DNA of 64,000 nucleotides from an uncultured Clostridia bacterium (GTDB lineage: Bacteria > Bacillota > Clostridia > Saccharofermentanales > Saccharofermentanaceae), in contig CAMZBB010000003.1 in the NCBI GenBank assembly GCA_947304405.1, forward strand, positions 836 through 64,835. The letters are read 5' to 3'. Positions 57,448-64,000 of the stretch are shown here, in pieces (the first letter of the stretch is position 1; the number at the start of each line of letters is the position of its first letter). Below the pieces are notes generated by a model, which was not told the DNA's origin, did not search any database, and worked only from the letters and a program-made list of their open reading frames with translations. The position numbers and the translations under genes are program-made.

Positions 57448-57895
57448 AGTACTACCTCCTGATGTAGTTGTTTACTCCCATGCAATAGTTATAACACAAT
57501 TAGTTCACAAATGCTTCACATTTTTGAATAAATGTGTATTTTTGTCATTTTGCACAACGAGAAAAAGGCTGCACTTGCCAAAACGCATAAAAACGGGGCT
57601 GATATGTACAATATCAGCCCCACACAAAGGAAAGATTTTGAATAAAAATGTGATCCGCGACACATTTTTCAATTCGGATCGTTTACAATTTGTTAATTAT
57701 TTTGATAGTATCACGCCCTTTCTGTTGTTTGATGACCTTAATATATCGTTCATATTTGGATGGAACTCGTGAATCCGCAGGCAAAAATGTATGAAAACCT
57801 CGGCACAGCTCTTCATATAACTTTTAATATGCAATATTGATTAGAAAACCTATTGTGATAGTCTTATATACATTGGAATCACGGAGGGGCGTTTG

Positions 57896-59392
57896 ATGAA
57901 AAAGGTCATCATCATCGGCGGTGGTATTTCCGGACTCACGGCAGGCATAGTTCTTCAGAAGTCCGGCTTTGAGACACACATTTACGAGAAGAATCCGATC
58001 GCAGGCGGTGAACTCACCGGCTGGAAGCGTGAGGGCATCTATATTGATAACTGTATAGACTGGCTGACCAACAGCAAGGCTGATGACAGCGAGATGTACG
58101 CACTCTGGAAGGACATCGGCATGCTCGGAGACGGCGTAAAGCTTCTTCCGAAGAACAGGTTTTTCTCATATACCGCAGACGGCAAGACGGTATCTTTCTG
58201 GCGCGATCTTGAGAAGACCAGATCTGAGATGCTCGCCATTTCTCCTGAAGACAAGGAAAATATCGAGAAATTCTATAATGCGGTAAAAGCCGCAGAGGTC
58301 TTCACGGTTCCCGCAAATAAGCCCATGGATAAGTTCGGCCTCAAAGAACTCATCAAATTCTGGCCTTTCCTAAAGGGAATGGGTGCAGTGCAGAAAGCTT
58401 ACAAGGGCATGAGCCTTAAAGATCTCGCGGACTCGTTCAAGAGTCCTGTCCTCGGCAAGGCATTCACTATGCTGCATCCTGAGAATACTCAGGCTTTCTC
58501 GTTCATAGTCTCATACGCAACGATAACTTCGGGCAGCGGAGACATCCCCGAGGGTGGATCCCTTGCAGCTGCCATGAGGATCTGCGACAGATATAAAGAA
58601 CTTGGCGGCACGCTTCATACGAACAGTCCCGTCAAAAAGATAGTGATAGCCGGCAGCCGTGCCTCGGGCATACTCCTTGAGGACGGCAACGAGATCAACG
58701 CTGATTACGTCATCACCGCGACCGATGCCAACCACTGCTTTACAAAACTCCTGCCTGCCGAATACATGCCTGAGAAGATGAGGGCTGTTTTCGACGATAA
58801 GGAGCACTATACGACTTTCTCGAAATACCATGCCCTTTTCATTATCGATGGTAAGGTCGGGATCCCCGCAGATACCAATTACTGGAAGTGCGACGGACCC
58901 CTTATCGGGCACAACAAGCTGGATTCCATAGGGCTCCTCTGTTATGACTACGATCCTTCGACATATCCCGCAGAAGATAAGACCCTGGTTCAGGTAAAGG
59001 TCATACAATATCTTGAAGACTGCCTTGATTGGATAGAACTCGCTAAGAAGGACAAGGCTGCGTACGATGCAAGACGCAAGGATTATGCAGACAAGCTCAT
59101 GGCCGAGATCGTAAAGCGCTATCCCGAAGCGGAAGGGAAGATCAGATTGATCGATACATGGACTCCTGCCACGTATGCGCTTCACTGCAATTCTTTTAAC
59201 GGTTCGTATATGTCGTTTGTCGCAGACAAGAATTCCAAGACAGTGACCACTCCGGGCGTAATAAAGCAGCTTAAGAACGTCTTCATCGCAGGCCAGTGGA
59301 ACATGGGTTCCGGCGGACTTCCCCCGGCAGCGGTCCAGGGCAAATTTGCCGCCTGGCGCATCTGCAAAGCTGAAGGCGTAACTTGCAAATAA
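57896..59392 (+). CDS. NAD(P)/FAD-dependent oxidoreductase (phytoene-desaturase/amine-oxidase-like)
   Basis: VIIIGGGISGLTAGIVL dinucleotide motif. About 498 aa. ATG at 57896 lies 8 nt after GGAGG. Confidence 0.75.
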   Translation: MKKVIIIGGGISGLTAGIVLQKSGFETHIYEKNPIAGGELTGWKREGIYIDNCIDWLTNSKADDSEMYALWKDIGMLGDGVKLLPKNRFFSYTADGKTVSFWRDLEKTRSEMLAISPEDKENIEKFYNAVKAAEVFTVPANKPMDKFGLKELIKFWPFLKGMGAVQKAYKGMSLKDLADSFKSPVLGKAFTMLHPENTQAFSFIVSYATITSGSGDIPEGGSLAAAMRICDRYKELGGTLHTNSPVKKIVIAGSRASGILLEDGNEINADYVITATDANHCFTKLLPAEYMPEKMRAVFDDKEHYTTFSKYHALFIIDGKVGIPADTNYWKCDGPLIGHNKLDSIGLLCYDYDPSTYPAEDKTLVQVKVIQYLEDCLDWIELAKKDKAAYDARRKDYADKLMAEIVKRYPEAEGKIRLIDTWTPATYALHCNSFNGSYMSFVADKNSKTVTTPGVIKQLKNVFIAGQWNMGSGGLPPAAVQGKFAAWRICKAEGVTCK

Positions 59393-59439
59393 CAGAATGC
59401 AACAGTCCTTTTGCTTTTGAACTAATCCGGCATGCGTTG

Positions 59440-59689
59440 ACTTACGAAAAAGGCCTTTTTGCTGTTTTCGTAAGTGCGTTTCTCAACATTTTTCGGCTTA
59501 ACAGGAAAAAAGCACTTACGAAATCGAGATATTTTCCTATTTCGTAAGTGCAGTTCCTTAGAAATTGAGCAAATTTCATGAAAACGCACTTACGAAAATG
59601 AGTTTTTTCCGGATTTAGTAAGTCGTCAGCCTTTTCAGGACTTTATGGAAGCCTCACAACGAAGCAGCATCGTCACTTTGCAACACCAC
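59440..59689 (+). repeat. hairpin-array element D (3 x 74-bp hairpin units, terminal motif)
   Basis: Arms (GC)ACTTACGAAAA/TTTTCGTAAGT(GC) at 59440-59475, 59512-59551 and 59586-59623 (period 74 bp). Terminal motif GCATCGTCACTTTGCAACACCAC at 59667-59689. Confidence 0.88.
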
Positions 59690-59694
59690 TTTTC

Positions 59695-60825
59695 TTACGC
59701 GTTATTGAATAATCCCATCAACTGGCTCTGCGCGGTTGTCACTGCATAGCCTTGTTCTTGAAGTGACGTTTGAACATATTTATCGCCGTCTTTGAAGCCG
59801 ACATATACGCTGCCGCCCATGATGGCTGCAGCTGACTTATCTTTGAAGTCCGGGTCATCAAGCCTGTTCTTTCTGATGATCTCTCTGGCAGGTTCGATGA
59901 CATCAACTGAGATCAGGCGGCGTTTTCCGTTGCAGTCGTAAAGAAGCTGAGTGTCAGAGTACTCATAGACAGTGGCATAGGTGGTGACGGGCGGATTTGT
60001 CGATTGATAAGTTGAAACGCTGAAAAGGACGACCGGCTCGAATTCTTTGCCGCAAACAGTACACTTGCCCTCCTGATTCTCTGCTCCGCAGGAAGGACAT
60101 TTCCAACCGAGCTTTATTTCCTGTTTAGCTGGTTCTTTTGGGGATTCCAGGCCAAAAGCCGGCACGGAAGCGGAAAATGCTGGCACGCCGATGTTGATCG
60201 CTGCTACTGGTTTTCCGCAGTTCGGACAGAACTTTACACCTTTGCATTTATATCCGCATTCGCAGGTTATCTCTTCTTCAATGGCTTTGCCGCAGTTGGG
60301 ACAGAACTTGAGAGCGAGCCCTGTATAACCGCACTCGCACGTGAAGGTCTTTTCTTCCTTGCGCGGGAGGCCGCAGTTCGGGCAGAACTTGCTCGTGAAT
60401 GATTGTCCGCACTCACATTTATATGTTGCAGGAGTCGAATCGGTAGTAAATCCGATGCCGTCACGCTTAAGCGCAATTCTTTGAACCATGCCGTTGCTAA
60501 GGTCGGTCATATCCATGTTGATCGTCTCAGAACCATACCAAATGCTGTTTACCTGATAGAAGACTTTGTCGCCTTTGATCAGTTTTGCGTCGGGAACGTT
60601 GATCCTCAGTTCTTCTCCGGGATTTGGCTGATAGTTGTTTACTGCCATGCCCATCATCAGATTAATGCCCTCGTGCACGAAATAGTTTTTCGACATATGA
60701 GCTTCGCCATATTTGATCTCAATATTCGCAGTCGTACCAAGCTTTACCTCGCATGAACCGTCGGCGTTTAACCATGTGCCTGCGAGTTTTTTATAGTACT
60801 GATACTGAGGATTCTGAACCTGCAT
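59695..60825 (-). CDS. multi-zinc-ribbon protein, function unknown
   Basis: Three tandem CECG-x(8-9)-FCPNCG units plus CPSCG...CTVCG. ATG at 60825 lies 7 nt after GGAGGT (the track start at 60840 contains that RBS). Confidence 0.65.
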   Translation of the reverse strand: MQVQNPQYQYYKKLAGTWLNADGSCEVKLGTTANIEIKYGEAHMSKNYFVHEGINLMMGMAVNNYQPNPGEELRINVPDAKLIKGDKVFYQVNSIWYGSETINMDMTDLSNGMVQRIALKRDGIGFTTDSTPATYKCECGQSFTSKFCPNCGLPRKEEKTFTCECGYTGLALKFCPNCGKAIEEEITCECGYKCKGVKFCPNCGKPVAAINIGVPAFSASVPAFGLESPKEPAKQEIKLGWKCPSCGAENQEGKCTVCGKEFEPVVLFSVSTYQSTNPPVTTYATVYEYSDTQLLYDCNGKRRLISVDVIEPAREIIRKNRLDDPDFKDKSAAAIMGGSVYVGFKDGDKYVQTSLQEQGYAVTTAQSQLMGLFNNA

Positions 60826-60931
60826 GATCTTAACCTCCATAGATTTCTGTTCTGATTGTACCGCAATTAAATACAGTAACCAAAGTTGATATTGATATAA
60901 TAAGGTCTAACAATGGAAGGAGTGGTTACTT

Positions 60932-61486
60932 ATGAAAGCACTTGTCATTAACTGCAGCCCTGTAAGGACCGGCGCAACCGCTGAGATTGTTAAGATCATA
61001 AAGGAAGAATTAAGCGCGCGCTACGAAGCGAAAAGCATCTGCATAGACGACTATTCTTTTGCTTTCTGCAAAGGCTGCAGAGCCTGTCATAAGACCGCTT
61101 CCTGCGTCATGAGTGACGCACAGGTCATCAGAGACATAATGAACGAATTTGATGAAGCCGACATAATAGTTTCCGTTGCTCCTTCATACTGGGCTGACAT
61201 TCCGGGACAGTACAAAGCTTTCATCGACAGGGTTACCCCATGGTGCAACACTCACGAGCCACACGCTGCTATAAAAGCAGGGAAGAAGGGCTACGCAGTC
61301 GCTTTGAGGACCGGTCCCAACATGCCTGAGTGCGAAAGGCTTATAGGAAGCATAGAGCATTTCTACGGACACCTCGAGATAGAACGCGCCGGCCATCTGG
61401 GCCTGACTTCCGTTGAATTTAAGGAAGACGTGGAACCCAGAAAGCAGGAGATCATTGATTTCTGCAAGACTATCTTAAGCGAATGA
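60932..61486 (+). CDS. NADPH-dependent FMN reductase / iron-sulfur flavoprotein (Isf)-like
   Basis: Flavodoxin-like MKALVINCSP, plus the compact Cys motif CKGCRACHKTASC (CX2CX2CX5C) as in Isf proteins. Confidence 0.65.
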   Translation: MKALVINCSPVRTGATAEIVKIIKEELSARYEAKSICIDDYSFAFCKGCRACHKTASCVMSDAQVIRDIMNEFDEADIIVSVAPSYWADIPGQYKAFIDRVTPWCNTHEPHAAIKAGKKGYAVALRTGPNMPECERLIGSIEHFYGHLEIERAGHLGLTSVEFKEDVEPRKQEIIDFCKTILSE

Positions 61487-62031
61487 AACGCAAAGTCACA
61501 CCTGAAGAGAGGCAGATCCTTCTTAATAATCCCGAACTCGTCATGTTCGAGCCGTACAGCGCGATGAAAGTGCACCGCGCATCCTTGGGAAAGGCCTTGA
61601 TCATGCCGTTCATCACCGGAGCACTCTTTTTTGCCTGGGGGTTCTTATGCCCGGACTTCATTAATGAACATCCGACGCTGTTTGCGGCAACCGGATGCAT
61701 CGCTTTGGTATTGGCAAGCGGCTTTCTGCCGATCCTTTACTTCATTATGGATGACAGGGACTTCAAGAAGGCAAGGGAGGAACATTACGCAAAACAGCTG
61801 AAAATGCTGCTTCCCAAAGATCTTGAGTGTAATGTGGCAACCATTCAGTACGTCACGGTCGAAAAGGCTGAAGGTGGATGGATCATTGACGGCAGGGAAG
61901 AGCCCTTCGTTTACAGCGGCTGCGTGAATTACTTTAAGTTCGAACCGCAGACCGAAGTTGCTGTCGTCTATGGTGAAAAGTTTTACGCATATATCAGGCG
62001 CGATCCCAAGACGGAGTGCTTTTACAATTAA
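61483..62031 (+). CDS. membrane protein, function unknown
   Basis: 182 aa with 2 hydrophobic spans. ATGA overlap with the upstream gene. Confidence 0.55.
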   Translation: MKRKVTPEERQILLNNPELVMFEPYSAMKVHRASLGKALIMPFITGALFFAWGFLCPDFINEHPTLFAATGCIALVLASGFLPILYFIMDDRDFKKAREEHYAKQLKMLLPKDLECNVATIQYVTVEKAEGGWIIDGREEPFVYSGCVNYFKFEPQTEVAVVYGEKFYAYIRRDPKTECFYN

Positions 62032-63140
62032 GACCCCTTCAGCATCTTTTGCCTGTATGTCGTGTTATCCGTTGCATCAAAGCCTTTGAGAAGATATTCG
62101 TCCTTCATGTATTTGTGTACGTCAACGTCAAGGGCGTAGTTGCAGAAAACGACGGCCACATATGTGATCTTCGTGTTGTCTGCACTTCCTTCGGGGATCA
62201 TGGCATAAACGAATCCGTCGTGACTGTCAGAATCCATCGCGATAAGATCGAAGCCTTCCGGCTCGTCAGTTACCATGTAAAGGCCCTTATAGTCCTCAAC
62301 ACCGATCTTCTTAAGCCTTGAGATCTCTGCATCATAGCCTTCCTTGTAATCCAGCGTCATGTAGACAATGTACTGCGGATCCCACGGATTGTAGTAAAAG
62401 AGGCTGAACTCTTTTACCTCGGCGTTGATCTTCTCGGGCATGACGTTAAAGATAGCCTGGTTTCCCATGCTGTATTCGCTGTTCGGGCCTTTGTCGTTAT
62501 GAATGTACTTGTTGTATTCGGCGGGATCATTTGTGACGTATTTTTTTGCGCTTGTATATGCAGCTCCGAACAAAGCGACTACAAGCAGACCCGTGACGAC
62601 ATAGTACGTTCCGACGGCCATTATGACTATAGTAAGTATCTTTATCGTCTTAACAAGCTTTTTACGCTTGCCCATCTTCTGAAGAACACCAGTAACGTAC
62701 AATGTGATCACGCACATCACTATGAATGCCAGGAATGTGGCCAGTATTGCTCCCGAACGGCGCAAGTCCGGCTGGTATGAGGCCGTTTGAAGTATCAGTG
62801 ACAGCAGGGATATGAAGATCCCCGCGATCCCCGATATCTGAACGAACTTTAAAAGTGCGCCCTTTTCGTTTCCCGCATAGGCTGCCATCTTACCGGCGAC
62901 CTCTCTTGTCTCGTTATCCATCATCTCGCTTTTCCTTTCCCCGTCTATGATCTCCCTTACGTCGACATCATAGAAATCGGCTATCTCGACCAGTAATGAG
63001 ATATCGGGAAGATTGCTTCCAGTCTCCCAGCGCGAAACTGACCTGTTGGTCACATTGAAGTGTTTAGCCAGCTGTTCCTGGGTAAGTCCTTTCTCATTAC
63101 GAAGGGTCTTCAAGAATTGTCCTGTTTTCTTCTGATCCAA
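62028..63140 (-). CDS. XRE-family HTH protein with transmembrane region and C-terminal extracytoplasmic domain
   Basis: LRNEKGLTQEQLAKHFNVTNRSVSRWETG HTH, followed by 3 TM segments. TTG at 63140 lies 8 nt after AAAGGAGG. Confidence 0.7.
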   Translation of the reverse strand: MDQKKTGQFLKTLRNEKGLTQEQLAKHFNVTNRSVSRWETGSNLPDISLLVEIADFYDVDVREIIDGERKSEMMDNETREVAGKMAAYAGNEKGALLKFVQISGIAGIFISLLSLILQTASYQPDLRRSGAILATFLAFIVMCVITLYVTGVLQKMGKRKKLVKTIKILTIVIMAVGTYYVVTGLLVVALFGAAYTSAKKYVTNDPAEYNKYIHNDKGPNSEYSMGNQAIFNVMPEKINAEVKEFSLFYYNPWDPQYIVYMTLDYKEGYDAEISRLKKIGVEDYKGLYMVTDEPEGFDLIAMDSDSHDGFVYAMIPEGSADNTKITYVAVVFCNYALDVDVHKYMKDEYLLKGFDATDNTTYRQKMLKGS

Positions 63141-63266
63141 GGTTGGCGCCTCCTTTCGAACGGTTTCAGGATAAGCAGTCCGTAGGGAAAATAACACGAC
63201 ACAAAGCGAGAATTGCCGTTTTTCCGGTTGACGGACACGAGATGTCTAACGGATATTATACAACCT

Positions 63267-64000
63267 TCACATATTAACTTCTCTGTCTGAGACAGCTTCA
63301 GAAAAGGTCCTGTCGTGCTCTACGAAGAGCATTGTAACATTGTTACACTTGACCAAACGCTCGATTTCCTGACGCAGATAGACGTCGATATAATTAAGAG
63401 GCTCGTCCCAAAGGTAGAGGTCCGCGTGCTCGCAAAGAGATAGGGCGATCATGACGAATTTCTTCTGACCGAGTGACAGGGCGGACACGTCACGATAGAG
63501 CATTTCCTTCGTGAAACCCATCTTGATTAGTATCGTCGAAAAGATCGTCTTGTCACATCCGCGCTCGGTTGCAATGTCGTAGAGTGAACCGACCAGGGAA
63601 GAAGTGTCCTGACCCACATAAGAGATCTTCAGGTCATTTGCGATATAGATGTCGCCTTCCGCGGTTATTCCTTCGTCTTCACCCATGCCTGCAAGGTATT
63701 TGATGAGCGTACTCTTGCCGCAGCCGTTTTTTCCTTGCAAAGATATCTTGCTGCCACGTTCCACGGTAAGTGAAAAGTCCGTGACGACAGGCTCACCGTA
63801 ACGCTTAAGAGTAATGTTCTTCAGTATTATCGGTGTCTTGTTGTGGTGTTCGGTGCCTGTCAGTTTAAGCGTTTCTGTGCGCTCAAGGTCTTTGAGAAGG
63901 CTCTGCTTTTCTTCTAACTTGCGTTCGTTTCTCTGTTCGAGGTTCTTTGAAAGCGACATGAGCTTTTTTGCTTTTGCGCCTTCGTAAGCCCTGGCCCAAT
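63267..64000 (-). CDS. ABC-F family ATPase, C-terminal part (linker plus NBD2), Lsa-like; gene continues beyond the window
   Basis: Walker A GKNGCGKST and LYLWDEPLNYID Walker B. The frame stays open upstream of the track's Met to position 64000 (..WARAYEGAKAKKLMSLSKNLEQRNERKLEEKQ is an ABC-F interdomain linker). Confidence 0.7.
   Translation of the reverse strand, partial: WARAYEGAKAKKLMSLSKNLEQRNERKLEEKQSLLKDLERTETLKLTGTEHHNKTPIILKNITLKRYGEPVVTDFSLTVERGSKISLQGKNGCGKSTLIKYLAGMGEDEGITAEGDIYIANDLKISYVGQDTSSLVGSLYDIATERGCDKTIFSTILIKMGFTKEMLYRDVSALSLGQKKFVMIALSLCEHADLYLWDEPLNYIDVYLRQEIERLVKCNNVTMLFVEHDRTFSEAVSDREVNM

Noticed and set aside
57700-57816. 39-aa minus-strand ORF (MKSCAEVFIHF...) upstream of the stray terminator
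   Set aside because: It has no RBS and no recognisable features. It is noted only as context for a possible small transcript.
58511-59185. 224-aa minus-strand ORF
   Set aside because: It is antisense to the FAD-dependent oxidoreductase, whose dinucleotide-binding motif and length are convincing. It has no RBS.

Overview
This is a chromosomal window from a Firmicutes/Clostridia-type genome. That assignment is an inference from gene content: YesN/LytS-type sugar sensors, many zinc-ribbon membrane proteins, larBCE, and AGGAGG-type ribosome-binding sites (RBS). The window is densely coding. I support about 60 CDS and saw no rRNA, tRNA, CRISPR array, transposase or integrase. Recognisable genes include mnmA, a GGDEF cyclase, a class III adenylate cyclase, and a tightly packed minus-strand operon (HAD phosphatase, glycerol-1-phosphate-dehydrogenase-like protein, CPA2 antiporter, two GNATs, GH29 fucosidase). 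Also present are pheA, larE-larB-larC, a sensor module (SBP-like sensor, histidine kinase, AraC-type response regulator) next to a ChvE/Ggu-like sugar ABC transporter, and an Lsa-like ABC-F fragment at the right edge. The most unusual signal is non-coding. Four intergenic elements each consist of three tandem units of about 74 bp, each carrying a hairpin. The hairpin arms are homogeneous within an element but differ between elements with compensating changes. Two of these elements are inverted copies sharing a 148-bp perfect core, and they bracket a 13-kb, 12-gene segment. A second hand-found signal is a Phe-rich 20-codon leader ORF with mutually exclusive antiterminator and terminator pairings upstream of pheA. 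All coordinates, translations and alignments were made by eye from the sequence. No database search or folding computation was run.
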